Assembly: GCA_964036045.1 (NCBI GenBank)
Contig: OZ038378.1
Coordinates: 20,460,001 to 20,524,000 of the forward strand
Length of the DNA: 64,000 nucleotides
DNA from: Eutreptiella sp. 'Long Island Sound 2002'
Lineage: Eukaryota > Protista > Euglenida
Direction: 5' to 3'
Shown here: piece by piece, positions 34,801-48,399 of the stretch
Layout: every line of letters starts with the position of its first letter
Position numbering within the stretch: the first letter of the stretch is position 1
The notes under the pieces: model-generated
The model's input: only the letters and a program-made list of their open reading frames with translations
What the model was told of the DNA's origin: nothing
The model's database searches: none
Made by a program: the position numbers and the translations under genes

Positions 34801-37800
34801 AGATCCTGATGCTTCATGTAGCCCTCCAATGCTGATCATTAAACCCATCTGTGCACTTGGGTAGCCCCGAGCGCAGGCAGAAGAACACAGGTCAGACATG
34901 TGGCTGTTGTGAATTTCAGGCATGATACAGGTACAGGTTGCATTGCATCGTATGATGCATTGAGCAGACATGAAAAGGCAATTCATCAACTACTTGAGGT
35001 GAGTTTGGGGTCAGGTAAGGCCGTGTTCACAGAGCAAGGGTGAGGTTTTCTGCAATTCAAGCAGTCCCAAATCTGCTTGCAACCTGGGTACTGATACCAA
35101 TGAATGAAAGGGGCCGGGAGTCCAGGCATGGCTGATTGGCAGTGCAAACAGCAGTTTTCTTCTGCAGCAGCAATGGATGAATGTTGCAATCTCTTACACA
35201 CCCACGCCGTTTTCCTTGTTCTCGCTTGCAGGCCACCGAAACCTGCATCCAAGACCACCTCTGGTCGGCGTGCTGATGCTCCACCCCAGCGTGTGGCTTA
35301 TATGGACACGGTGGAGCAGAAAGGCCGGAATGATAGGGCGTCAAACAGGTACCCTCATTCTTTGTGAAATTGCACATCATGAGGTGTTTTAGCAGCTCAC
35401 AACATCTTCAGAGCAAAAACAGTTGGTGGTCAATATCATTGGTGTTATGCGAGCGCTTGCCAAGCAAAAGCTGCTTGGTGGTCAAAATTTTGGCCCAGCC
35501 GCAGCCTTCACTAGAGTCTCTCGTGGGCCTGCGGCTTTATCACAATCTGGTTTGCGGAGGGCTGCTGGTTTTCGTGGTCCAGTGTCCGAGGCGCCACCTC
35601 GGGACATGTTGCATCTTGGTCTCAGGGTTGTTGTCCCTGCGTCTGCGAGCAGTCTTCTCCCTGCGGGGGGATTCTCGGCAGAGTCTGGGCAGACCTGGAA
35701 AATTAGGGTATTCAGGCAGACCTGGGCACAAGTACAGCAGCTCTAGTATTTCGTGCCCATGCTTCTGTTTCGCACCGCAAGCACCCCACCTTCCATTTTC
35801 GTTTAACGATGGATAAATAAAAAGGAGCACGCCTGCAGCTCAACAGGCAGCAGCATTATCCACTGTTGCAGGCTGCTGCATCAAGCACTACGACAGTGGT
35901 AGTGTTACCACAGAATCACAATCTGATGCTTCGGGTAATTCAGGGTATCCTTGCGCAGTATGAGAATGCTCTGCGGCAGGAAGGGTGGGACACTTTTGAC
36001 AGCTTGAAACTCAGACAACCGGCAAATGGACACCAATGTGGAATGACGTGGTTAGTATCAATTTCGGTGGTAGCACTCAAGGAATTGTGGTGCATCATTG
36101 AACGGTACAGTTCCGCTGCATGTTCAAACCCTGCATTGCAAGTGTGGTGTAGCACACACACATTTTCTGTCTTGCATTCCGCAGTGGTGCGTAACGCAGG
36201 GCCTGGCAAAGCGGCATGGTCTTATCCCCGCCTCTCTCTGCATTAATTCCCCTGTCCGCCCTTTGAGACCTAAGGATTGCTGTACCTCTGCTGGCCCTCA
36301 TCCTCCTGACAAGGCCATAAGATTGGATGGAAATTGGGATTGCCTGCCAACGTCAATGTGAACCCTAGAACACCGTCAAGTCGGGGCCACCTATTTTGCT
36401 GGAACAGCAAGATAGGTGGCCCCAAGCACCACTGTATTGGGAGGTCTCAGGGTCATAGAGCACAAGGCAGTGGAGTTATGGAAGGCTAAGCAACAGGCTC
36501 AATCAGGGCAAGGCAGCAGGGTCATCCGCACGGACGTAATGGGTGCGGCTATGAACGTCCACCAATGATGAAGGCTCACACAAATTCATTCGTGCAAAAG
36601 AATCCCATTTGTGCATTTGCTTCGAAGGAAAAGGGCAATATTCATTGCCAAACGTTTCCCTCACCTGAAAGCTGTTTTTCCTTCAGATAACGCATAGAGC
36701 CCCATGCAGGCCCCAATCTAAACCTCCATGCTTTAATGCCTCTCGCTGTGACAGCAATTTAGGAGGCACAGGGTCACACTATCTACACCACCAAACTCTT
36801 GTTGGTCGCTGGGGCCGACCAAGAGTCTTGAATTGTGCAGTCCTATGCAATGCCATCAGCCCAAAGAGTGCGGAAGGGTAAGTGCGACGGTGGGCAGCAG
36901 CAAGACTCGCAGCTTGATCCCAAAGCACACCCCATCCTGGCATTGCCACCGTTTTCCAGGTCTGCAAAGGGAGATTACGACAACAGGTATTCTAAACGTG
37001 GCAAATATGAGTCTCACAGCTCAAGGGGTGGGAGAGACTACGATGACTACGATTATCAGGGGACTTGGGGTCGCGATTCCGGATGGGGTTCTTGGGGAAA
37101 TCAAGGTGTGCACACTGCCCCTGCAATCGCTTGATGGAGCACCCGCGGAGATCTGGGAAGGGGGAAAAGAAGGATTGCTGGCACCAACTGCTACCTGCCG
37201 CTGGCTGAGCTATGCATGCAATATATATGTCAGTACATTTGTGAGGATATGCGTGTTCGTAAGTGTGTGTGTCTGGGGGGAGTAGCATACCGGTTGCGGT
37301 GTGTTTTGGTACACATATTGCAAATGCGATTGGACCTTTGTGCAGTGATATACCCCTCCAGGAAGTGAGCAATGTCAGTGAGACTTCACACCAAGGTGCT
37401 CGCTGATGGAGAGGGATGACTTGGGTGAACCTAAGTTGCAGTGTGCCCAGAGCACCAATCGCTGGTTTTGAGCAGTGTATTGTCAGTTTTCTAGCCAGCT
37501 GAGTGTAATAAGTAAGTACATGTGTCAGGGCTGCGGTTCACCCTGTTCTGTTTGGTACTGGCAGCTGCTGACTGCGTCCCCTGTACTTCAAAGCATTGAT
37601 TTGATGTCTTTTGCATTACTGCTGTGGTTGTGACAGTTGTGTGTGTGTGTGTCTGTGTGTGTGTTTGTGTGTGTGTTCATTTCCGCCCAGACAGAGCCCC
37701 CACAACCAACTATGCTGAGTGGTTTGTGTTTCGGGGAGTGGGAAGTTTGCTCCTGAAAAATCTGTCACATCTTTCTGAACAGTGTGGGTCGAAATGGCGC

Positions 37801-39357
37801 ATCCCATTTTGCAAAAAGGCAATGGACAATGGAGCAGGTTCGTTGCAGGTTGTGACTGGGCCTGGGTGGACCATCTCAAACAAGCACCAGCGGTTGTTGA
37901 AGTATGCTGCAGCATGTTGCAGAACCAGATTTTTGGGACCGTTGGTGGGGGTTTAAAACATGCAGCAGCACACTGAAGTTTTGATGCACTGTGTTGTTGA
38001 TAGGCAGTTGGCACTCTTTCTTCTTTTTCTTCATTTTGCCCAATTTCGGGTGCAGTTGCAAAAATTCTGCATAAGATTCAAAACCCCCAACACACAAATT
38101 AGTATTCCACAAATCGTTAATGTTGGCACGGTATTTGAATTCTGTGCTTGCAGCACAGACACGCCCGTTGAGTGCCCAACTGCAGCAAGCAGCAGAACTG
38201 ATGTGCAAGAAAGTTTCCCATTTGTACAAGAAACGAATCAATCATCAAGCAAACACACAAAAAGCCATGCTTCAACCCTGCGTTGCTGCAAGACACCCTC
38301 GCACAGTGATATTAGCAAGTGTATTCCTGGATCCCTCGCACAGAGTGGGAGCGCTATTTTGTGCCGCCGGCTCCACATCCAAACACATAGCTGTTCCTGG
38401 TACCAAAAAGACGCCCGTCAGTGGCGTGAACATGGTGCGTGAGTTGTGTCAATTCCCTGATTTGTTGTGCGATATAGCACTTAAGTTGTCACCACATTGA
38501 GGGCAGCTAGGTGACCAGAGAATTGCTCTCCGTGGGGTTAGGGCATGGAGGCCCGATTGAAGAAGGGGCAGGGGATGGGCCGTGCTGTTTGGGCCTCCGT
38601 GCAACCCTGTTTGAGGACCAGCAGTAGCTCGGAATCGGGTCAAATTTTTTGCAACAAATATTCACTTCATGCATACCTCAAACTAATCAGTGCGTCAGAG
38701 GGATCATTTTGCCTCATGTATGGTGGGGTGCCACCCCACCCCCTCGAGCCCTGTTGCTAGGCGCTGTTGGCCCGGGCAAGGTTTTTCGGCATACCACAGA
38801 CCATTTTTTTGTTCGCAAATGGGCTCAAGGGGAGCGAAACCACCGAAAAACTGGTCCTTGACGAAGCTGATTTTGAGGTCCCCTGTTTTGTATGCCGCCT
38901 GTGTTCAGCACGCTGCAAAGCGGCTGCAAAGCGGCTCCCTTCTTTGCTGTCAAAATGTCCCTGGTGTATGTGTATGTTTTCAGGTCGTTCGTCCGATGGC
39001 AGGCGCAGAAATGATGGTGGTGGAGGCTGGCGGAGTGAGAGAGAATGGGATGCAGGTAAATACAATGATTGGGGACGAGAGCGGACCACACGGCGACAAA
39101 CAGACAGAGAAACAGGAAGAAAGGTGACGAACAAAGAACCAGATTGGGAACATGACCTGTATCAAGGCAGTCACCGAGGATCCGATCGATACAAAGACAG
39201 GGATTGGAATAAGGATCGGGACAAGGAAAAGGACCGCAGTCAAGCTCGAGCAAGCAAGCCAACAAGCAAGCAAGGGAAAGGGAGGGGTTGGGCTGAGGAC
39301 GACGGAGGTAGTGCAAGCAAAGGCAGTGAGCCTGCGTGGTTTATGCATGATAGCAGG
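30081..39357 (+). CDS. Further plus-strand exons, probably continuing the 26883 gene (e.g. 30081-30240, 31911-32060, about 35232-35348, 35411-35708, 35945-36040, 36960-37104, 38984-39357); C-terminal part rich in Arg/Asp/Gly/Trp
   Basis: Protein-like segments are bounded by pyrimidine-rich AG and GT sites (e.g. TDVRIAVRAVRPATAEERQAIDSF; GILAQYENALRQEGWDTFDSL; DRYKDRDWNKDRDKEKDRS). The full exon chain was not resolved. Confidence 0.5.
30850..31200 (-). mobile_element. Possible decayed non-LTR RT fragment
   Basis: LKGVFSGCIAHMF resembles RT motif B (GVxQGCxLSPxLF). The surrounding frames are broken. Confidence 0.3.
31819..31874. repeat. (CA)n microsatellite
   Basis: Read directly from the sequence. 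Confidence 0.97.
32238..33125. mobile_element. Possible MITE-like element with imperfect terminal inverted repeats and repeated GAAATTTCGC subterminal motifs
   Basis: The left end CGGTGGGGGCAGAATTTCGTG resembles the reverse complement of the right end (CACGAAAATTTCCCCTCCACCG). AAATTTCG(C) is repeated near both ends. Confidence 0.3.
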
Positions 39358-42300
39358 TAAGTTCTGGGCTTTACCATTGAGGGCGAGACCGCTGCACAGG
39401 AACTGCACACCAGCAAACAGACAGGAAGACACACGCACAGGCTTCGGCAGGCAGAGCCTTGGGGAGGACCACAGGTGGGAGTTGACCAGGTCATGCAGAT
39501 GGGCAGCAGAACAGAATTCAGTGCACCCGAGGTCACTGAAAAATGTGCACCCTCCGACGAGCCGAACACTGTACATACTGTGTTCAATTGAATTTCTTTT
39601 ACCGGCGGTACCTGTATTTTTCAGAAGCAAACTTTGCAGGACCAATTTGCCCATCATTTTTCTTTTGCTGTTTTTCTCTGCCAATGCATTTAAAGTGCGC
39701 TGGTAGCTGGTTTGCATCTCAACCAGAACAGGAAGAGAGCCATGCTGGGAGAATTACAGGCAATGTTGCTTCGATATAAAGTTGACAGCTGTGTTGGCTC
39801 TGTGTCTATATACCACCTATATGTTATCGCCATCTTGGGCTTCTCACAGTGTGTCGTCTGCATGGCCTCTAATCGTCTCAGGCATGCAGAACCATCTCAG
39901 TATTTTCGCGGTCTGGCATTTGTGGTCCCCCCTTCGTCTTGACTTTTTTCAACGACAGATGACAAGCTGTAAATTGGATCGACAGCTCAGCATGAATTGC
40001 ACCTGTTTGTATCATAAACCAGATGTTGTGAAGGCAGGTGGATGCTTGAGCCAGATTTGGCAGGAGGTCCTAATAACAGGAGCAGTACCATTCGTTCGTC
40101 GCCTTTGATACCCTGCAATCCCCCCCATGCCAGATCCTTTCTCCCTTGGGGAGTTTCAAGGTTAGGGTTACCAGGGTTACCAAAGCCCATTTCCTGGTAC
40201 ACACACCATCATGGTGTGCTTTGTACAGCAAAATTGCAAATAATTTCTCAGTCCCATTTTTGGCAAGACGGTTTGGTACGTCAGCAACTATGGTAAACTG
40301 CAAGGATCAATTGATTGGACGAACAAATGATTGGAGGCAGCGCACGCTACGGGAATGCAGGACTCACACACAGACGAACAGGGCAGATGTGCACTTGACA
40401 TGATGTCAGATTTTGACCCACTCCAGACACCTGCGTGTTGCAGGATTGTGGAAGGGCTGTGTTCTCAGTGATGCTGCTTTGTCGATAACAAAAATGCAGT
40501 GGAGTAGTGGAGCAGTGGAGTAGGTCAGCCAGTTTGCGAGTGTGTTCGGACAGTTGAGCACATTACCCTGTCACGTCTTAAAGTCATGTTCGTGCAAATA
40601 AGCATGAGGTCTAGCAATAGTTACATATTTCAAAATTGTTTGGCACACTGGGATACTTGTTTTCTTCGCCTCTGTTCATTTTTTACCCACATGGGTGTTG
40701 ATGCAAGCAACAACAGGCCCTGGGCCAACAAGCATGACCGGCGTTTGCAGCCCCAAAAGAGATTTCCACGTTGCAAGATCGATTGAAACAGTGATTTTGC
40801 CATGTTTCCCCTTCCAGACCCCCCAAAGTTTTCGAACCTGTCGTTCTCCAATTTGAGATTCCGGGAAAATTCTGGCGCTGAAGGCGCAGATTTTTTTTTT
40901 TGGCCTCCTGAGGGGGAACCTTTTTTCTACCCTTTGTGTCTATACTAAAAACACTCAGAATTCTGAGGAAAATTCAAAAATGGGTGAAAAACCCAAAAAA
41001 TAGTTTTGACCCTGGACCCGACCTGTGGGTCAGACCTTGGCTAATGGGGAGCCTCGGCATACGGGCAATTTTTTTCCGAAAATTTGTTTTACCCCAACTG
41101 TGTATGTTTAGAATGCTCACTGCGTCATTGGGCTCATTTTGAAGTACGTATCTTGAGGTAACCACTGCCCCCCCCCCCCCCCCGGGGACCTCGGCGGTTG
41201 ACCGGCCGACCCCCCTAACCCCCCCCCTGTAGACCCCCAAAAGTTTTCGCACCCGGTTGGGGTCAATATTCAAACAGGCCACCCCCCTTGGGGAGACGCA
41301 GGATTTGGAACAGCAAAATTTTGGCACAAGAAAAGTGTGCCAAATTATGCCATGGTATTTTAAGGTCCGCCGCCATTTTTTCCAGGTGTCATTGTTAGCA
41401 CTCTTGGCATGCATGTTCCCCTTGCAGTTTGCTCTGCAGGGACGCTTTAAAGGCTGAGACTTGGCAGAATGTTAATTCATCATAAAAATCAACTATCCAT
41501 CGTTCCAGCCGGCAGTCCGGTGCGATTTTTGAGTGCTAGATGGAAGAAAAAAAAGCGCACCGGAACAGAAATGGGCACAATGGATAGTTAGTTTTTATCA
41601 TGAAGAATAATTGAACAAGGTATCAGCCTCCAACTCTCAAAGAATTTGGAGAAATCCGGCAAACAAAAGTCCAAAAATCGCCGATGCGGCCATGCCGGCG
41701 ACGGCGCCGCCACAATGAATGAAGCTTTAATCTTGAATTTCACTATTGAACTGCGAATTCGAATTCAACGTGCTTTACCAATTCGGCGAGTTCGCACCGA
41801 ATTCGCCAAATGCGCCTTCGCTGTGAATTCTCACCTACATCCCTATAGCACACGCTTCCTCTTGGCTGGTGCCCAGGTGTGGCATGCGCGAGCCGAGGCG
41901 ACGCGCGGGCAGATGTCCGCAGTGGCGACCGGCCTACGCATGATGCTAGTGCCGCAAAGCATGCAGGTGGAGGTGGGGACCATTGCTCTGGAGGGGGGTC
42001 TCCAAAAGGGGCTCAGACGACCCCCACCTCCCCCTCCTTGGGCACTCCGCCATGGCAGAGGTGAGCAAGCATCGTAAGGGCAGTGGTGAGCGGAGCAACC
42101 ATGGACTAGTCCATGGATGGCGGGCAATCTTGGCACTGAGGTGCAACCCAACGGGGGGGCGCTATGCACCACAACACTGTAACACTGCAATTCTAGTATA
42201 ACTCAAGTAAAATTTTTCTCCGGCGCCTGTGATTTCCTGTTGATTTTCTATGTTCATGCGCAAAGTGACGGTCTGGGGGGGGGGGGGGGGGGGCTATGCA

Positions 42301-43710
42301 AAGCTGGGTGTACGGGGGGTGCAGGGGGAGGAGGGTATGCCCTTGGTCTTCAACCTAAAAACCTTCTATGTTCCTTAAATAGGGGACTGTCACCACATGG
42401 GGGGGGGGGGGCTATTCAAGGAGGGGGGGGTTAAGTTGGATAGCCCCCTTGGATATCCCCCCTTCACACACAGGAAATTGTGTCTGGTCCTGTATCCACA
42501 ATAGTAGGAGCCAGTGTTGAGACCCAAGATGGGTCATCAGGGAAAGCCTCTCCGTCCGGGTGACAGAAGAGGACATTATACGCGATTATAACCCCATACC
42601 ACCATACCCTCCCCCCCTTGAATAGCCCCCCCCCTTGCCTCAGCACTGGGACTCGGTGTGACCGTTATTTTTCTGACCGCGGTTTTTATGGTCAGAAACT
42701 TAGCAGAACGTGATTTTGTAAAAGGAAACAGGGGCTGTGTCATGTTGATGGGCAATGCGGACCACCAGAACTTGATGAAAAATGCTGCACATTGTGTTCT
42801 AGTGCTGTGTTACAACAATTGTGCCGCTGGTGAGGTATGGCAGGTTTTTGCTGACAAATGTCCTTTCAAAACCGCGCGTCGTGCGCGCGCACCACCTTGT
42901 TCAAGTACCAGAACCTGGTGTGACCGTCGTTTTCCTGACCTGGCCGGTGCTTGCGTAACGGGGGTACCTGTATGCCAGATCAGGATCCCAAAGAAAAACC
43001 ACCAGGATCCAGAGGCTCAGGATGGCACGTAGGCACAATATGCCATAATGCTATGCCACTAAGCATTATACGCTGTTTCCCTGAGTTGCAGTGAGCAAAG
43101 GTGAGCAAGGAGAAACAGAAATGGTGGGCCAACACAGCGGCCGCTTTGCTGGATCTTCATGATCCGAGGTCGCCCTCGGCAAAGGGGGGCGCCCTTAGCG
43201 CAGTGCGGGTACAGTGCAACTATTTGGGCGTCTAGCCGTATCGGAGACCCATACTTTGTGATACTAGGGGCATCATTGTTGCCCCTAGCATAGGTTTTGA
43301 TGCTTCTTCCACATGGGGGATATGGCATTTTTGGATTTTCACCCACTTTCACCCATTTTCACCCCTTTTCACGTTTTTTTTTCTCATCTTCACCATGGAC
43401 TCCCACACTTTGGTGTGGGCCCTTGAGTTGGCTTTGGGACTAGCTGGTAGGGTGAGTGAGCTTTCAATTGAACAAAAAAGAGGATATGTGCTTGGCTTTC
43501 CGCATTTTGCATGATGTCTTATATAAAGGGAAGGTAGCTTGCATTTGTCTTGAGCTAGGGTAGTTTGAGTGACTCAAATTTAGGGTAGCTAGGATGGCCT
43601 AATTTTGAGGGTGTTTGGAAGGGGTCGGTATGGGGGTTCTTCATAGGGGAACCTAGTCTAAAAGTAGCGCGCAGTGCAAGGGTTCCCCCAAGGAAGGCCT
43701 GGTTGAGATC

Positions 43711-43785
43711 GTTCAGTGGCGAGAGGCCGGTAGGCGCTGCCAAAGGCAAACAGACCACTACCAAGGCCCCGTGCCAAAACCCCCC
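43711..43785 (+). repeat. Dispersed ~75-bp repeat; inverted partner at 45283-45360
   Basis: GTTCAGTGGCGAGAGGCCGGTAGGCGCTGCCAAAGG versus the reverse complement of CCTTTGGCGGCGCCTACTGGCCTCTCGCCACTGAAC. Confidence 0.75.
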
Positions 43786-44679
43786 GCCTCCTATGTTCCA
43801 ATGTGTCCCTGCTCTAGGGGCCTCCGGCTACCACAAGCCTCTGCGGCGGTTGAAAGTTGCAACAGGCGGCCGCCCGTGTGTCTGCCCCCCCCCCCCCCCT
43901 TTGCATATCCCCACCGTCACTTGGTGACCGCCCCCCCTCCCCACCGCCATGCAGGGGACCGTCACGACATTGGGGTTGGGCTATTCAAGGGGGGGGGGTT
44001 CAATCACAGCTCTCCATCTCCTGTGAAAGGCATGGAAAAGTCTGCAGATGAGTTCCAGGCTGTTAGTGGGCCCCTGGAAGCGCCTACAATCCAGCGCATC
44101 TGCACCTCAGAAGAGGTTATTGAGTCTCTTGATCCCGATCCCGCGGATGAGTCTGCATGCATTGGTATGTCTGATTTCGGAGCCGCGAGTGTCCCAGAGG
44201 CTGTCCTCATGGACACCCGGAAGGCCAAGCGGACCACGTCCGTCCGGTTCGACGATGAGGCGTCCATCCTGTTCGAAGATGACGCGGGCCCCAGCCCTGC
44301 GGTTCCCTTGATCCCAGGTCCGTTTGACCCCCCCACGCGCGACGCCAACACCCCCTTCAACACCGTACACACTGTGCGGGCCGCAGTGCGCAACGCCATG
44401 GGCCCGTTCGGCTCGTTCCGGGAAAGGAGCACTATGGGCAGTGCACTGTACGAAGAGTCCGAATCCTTCATCTATAATCCCAGCGGTTCAGTCTCATTCA
44501 GCCCCGCCAGTCTGATACAGCGTCAGGCGTCATACAGGCCGATGGCCCCGAAGGCCGTGGCCCAGCGGCACGTGTGCGTCTCATGACTGATGGGCTGTGG
44601 GACGTTTGGGTGTCTCCTGCTGCTCATGCTGGTGACATTGATGGTGCAGTGGGTGGCGGAGGGCGAGGCCGACCCGGCC

Positions 44680-46440
44680 AAAGTCGAGGTCATACAGAAG
44701 GTCTTGTACGTGGATGGGGCAACGTACTTTGTGCGAGGCGTGAACTACAACCCGATCCCCAAGGACGAGGACGGCACCGCGGAGCCGTACGGGGACTACT
44801 TTTGGATGCCATATGTGTCGTCCGGCTGGGGGCCCAAGTCCATCTCGTACCTGTACACAGCATCTGGGAGCATCTGGGAGGGGATCAAGAACAAGGTCTC
44901 AGGGTATAGCAGCTGGCACAAGGTTCACCTGGAGGAGATTGCCAAGACGTTCAACACCATCCGGATCTACAGTTGGCAACTCGGCAATGAGCACACGGAC
45001 TTCCTGGACATGTGCCACTCCTTGGGCCTGAAGGTCATTGTCACTTTTCAGGTGTAGTTTCCGCAAGAGCCTACTGGTGCCTGCGGGGGGGGGGGGGAGA
45101 AAGGGACAACGGGTCACGGAAGGGAGCCCAGACCTCCTCAACCGAGAGGTTGATGGTCACAGACAAGCATGTGACATACCGGGGGCCCATTGTAGACCTG
45201 GTCTTCCTCCTCGATGGAGGGGAGTAAGGTCGGGGCGTGGTGGGCCAACACGAGGCAGTGGCCTCATTGCCGGTGTCACCGGAGGGGTGGGGGTTGGCAC
45301 GAGGCCATAGTAGTAGTCTGCTTTCCTTTGGCGGCGCCTACTGGCCTCTCGCCACTGAACAGTCCGACCCTCTGTGGGTTCGAACTTGGTCTGGTTGTGT
45401 CAACAGAGCCCCTGGATGATTTGTCCTGTGTGACTACCCTGGGGTCGGCTATCCCAGAGATGGGCCGTTGCCCGTGCCATTGACCAGGTGCATCCAGATG
45501 CACACTCCGAGTCCATGCTGAGCCTGCCGACTCAGGTATGGACCTGTGCGCACCGGTGTGTGCGCGCCGGTGTGTGCACCCGCTGACAGGGGCTTGTAAC
45601 ACCCACAATGATTCGTCCCCTGGTTGTTTGTTCCCCTTCTGTTGTGCTCTGCACCGTTTTCGGCGAGTGCGGTCTGGCCTGCCCTTTTTCATCTGGTGCT
45701 CCCCTTTCCCCTGGTTCTTCTGGGTCCTCCCTGTTGTCCCCGACCGGGGGTATGCTGTAGGGTGGGGGGGGCGTGTGTTGCGCCGTGGGGTGGGTGGGGG
45801 AGGGTGGTCCATGGCAGGGGGGGGGCGTGTGTCGCGCCGGGGGCTGGGTGTGGGAGGGTGGTGGTGGGGGGGTTATATCCATTCGTCATGTGCAGATGGA
45901 CACCGCATTGTACAAGGACCTGTCCGACGAGGACACCATCGCCGAGGCCTTGAAGAACTTCCGGCACATGGTCCGCACGTACAAAGGCTCCCCAGCCATT
46001 CTGATGTGGGCCATCTCCAATGAGCCCAATTCGCAGAGCAACGGGACTCGTACGCCGTCGCCTCGGCGTTGGGGCGGTTCTTCTACTTCCTGGAGGCGAT
46101 TGCGGAGGTGCGGGACGACGAGGAGAGCTTCGGACCGTACTTCCCACACCCGCTGCTGGTGCCCATGGCTGACGAAAACAGTTGGGCAACGGAGGTTGCG
46201 ACGTATGACCATGCGAGGCACGAGGTATGGGGCGTTCAGGCGTACCGGGGCTCCAGTTTCGGGGATCTCTTTTCCAGTTACAGCAGCGACAAGCCACTAC
46301 TGGTTTCCGAGTACGGGATGGACGCATACCTGGACACCACCTCCGGCAGGAGCATTGAAATCCATGACACAAACGCGGAGCTGGGGGTCGACTACCAGAC
46401 CGAAGTCGTTCCCGCGCTCGCGAAGGAGATCGAGGCGGCG
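44680..46440 (+). other. Clan GH-A (GH2/GH72/GH158-like) TIM barrel, N-terminal part
   Basis: YFVRGVNYNP, FNTIRIYSW, LGLKVIVTF, MWAISNEPN (acid/base Glu) and LLVSEYG (nucleophile Glu). Confidence 0.8.
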
Positions 46441-47069
46441 GACTCGCGCCGCAACACCACGTGGTTCACGGCCACGACTCTGCTGCGGGGGGACTCCCCG
46501 GACAGCGGCGGGGGGTACGCCGTGATCGAGTACAACGACTACTCCCGATACCTGAGGTACACGATCTACCACCGAACCTTCACGGACGGCTCCATCAGCT
46601 ACAGCATGCCCGGGGGGCTGTTCAACACCAGCTCCAGTTCTCAGTGGTCGTCCGACACCGTGGTCCTTGATGGCATGTCGGAGGAGGAGGTTAACACCAC
46701 CTCCGACGATGCAGAGTACCAGGTCGCCTCTGGGCTGTCGCTGTGCTCCGCGTGGAACGGCGAGTCCATCGGCACCTGCTACAACATCTCCGATATCGAC
46801 GGCGTTGCGCAGGAGCTGGTCGACGCGTTCGGGGGCGGGGATTGTGCCGTGGATTGGGCCTGCGCGGCGATCGCCACGTGCTACTTCAGCGCCAATGAGC
46901 GCCACTGGTGTGCCTGGACCAACAAGTCCGTCTGTGAGGACGCGTTCAACGGCTGTGACGTCACGCACGCCCCGTCCCCGGACTATCCCACGTCCTGGGC
47001 GGACACCGTGGAAACCCCGGAGACGCTGAGCAGCTGGTTCGACGGTGACACGGCCTCAGATGCGCTGAC

Positions 47070-48280
47070 GAAGACGGTGAACGGCGAGACGCTAACGCTG
47101 GTGTTCAGTGACGAGTTCAATGAGGAGGGCCGTGACCTGGGCCCCGGCAAAGACGCCAAGTGGGAGGCCGTGGACCTGCACTACTCAGCGACCGGTGACG
47201 ACGAGATATATAAACCGAGCGGCGTGACGGTCAGCGGCGGCTATGCGTCCATCAAGTTCGAGACCAACACGACGTATGACCTCGATAACACCGAGAAGGA
47301 GTTCAAAACTGCTATGCTGCAGGGCTGGAACAAGTTCTGCTTCACTGGGGCCTACCTGGAGGGGAGTATGAACCAGCCAGGGAAGTCAACCACGAGCGGT
47401 GTCTGGTCGGCATTCTGGACCCTGGCCAACCTGGGCCAGGCCGGATACCTGGACAGCACCGCCGGGATGTGGCCCTTCACCTACGACCACTGCGACACGG
47501 TGGCGAGTGAGGGGCAGGCGTCCTGGGAGAACACGAACCTGGATGCCCAGAACTTCAGCGCGTGCGGGGATTTCAATGCGGAGTACGGCTTCCAGTCGCA
47601 CGTGGGCCGTGGGGTGGCCGATGTGGATGTGTTCGAGCTGGTGGTGCCTCCGAGCTGGTACAATGCCGAGCGCGGGGCTCACCTCTCAACGTCGCTGCAG
47701 CTCGGCCCGAACATCCCCCAGAACACGACCCACGGTGCTGGCCTCACGGGCAACTGCGCCAACATTTCGGACACGTGCACCGGGATATACTTCTACCAGC
47801 ATAACGGTCACGACACCGGGATGAACACGTGGTGCATGCAGCCCGGGTACCCCAGTTCGGAAACCGTCGATATCCTGGGCAACGAGCTGCAGGATTGCAT
47901 CTCAGCGGAGAGCGACGTCTACGACGAGCACTTTGAAGAGCAGCACACGTATGGCCTATGGATCGAGCCTGGGGAGTGGGCCGCATGGTACCTGGATGAC
48001 GTACTCCTGTTCAATGTCACCAAAGACGCGCTCACCAATAAGACCAACCCGAACAACTCCAGCGAAGCGGTTGGCAGTCGGCAGGTGCCTTACGAGCCCA
48101 TGTACATCATCCTGAACATCGCGAGCTCCAACAGCAACTTCCTTCCTCGTGACCCCAGTCTAGAGCTCCCGGTCTACATGCATGTGGATTGGGTGCGGCT
48201 CTACCAGAACACGGACCGGCACAGCGTGGGCTGCGACCCCACAGATTTCCCGACAGAGTCGTACATCAATGCCAACCTGG
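47070..48280 (+). other. GH16 KRE6/SKN1-like beta-glucan synthesis-associated domain
   Basis: LVFSDEFN, WEAVDLHY, MLQGWNKFCFTGAYLE, WSAFWTLANLG, GRGVADVDVFE, PYEPMYIILN and MHVDWVRLYQ. Confidence 0.88.
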
Positions 48281-48399
48281 ACAAGTTCAAGACCAGTCGG
48301 TGTGGCAACGGCCAATGCGAATCCGGGGAGTGCGAGCAATGCCCGCGTGACTGTCAGTACCAAGCGGCCTGCCGGCAGGATTGCCTGGTGCCGCGATGT

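Noticed and set aside
41640-43350. Short ORFs and GAATTC-rich palindromic stretches upstream of the glucan synthase
   Set aside because: No coherent exon chain or recognisable motif; probably repeat-derived intergenic DNA.
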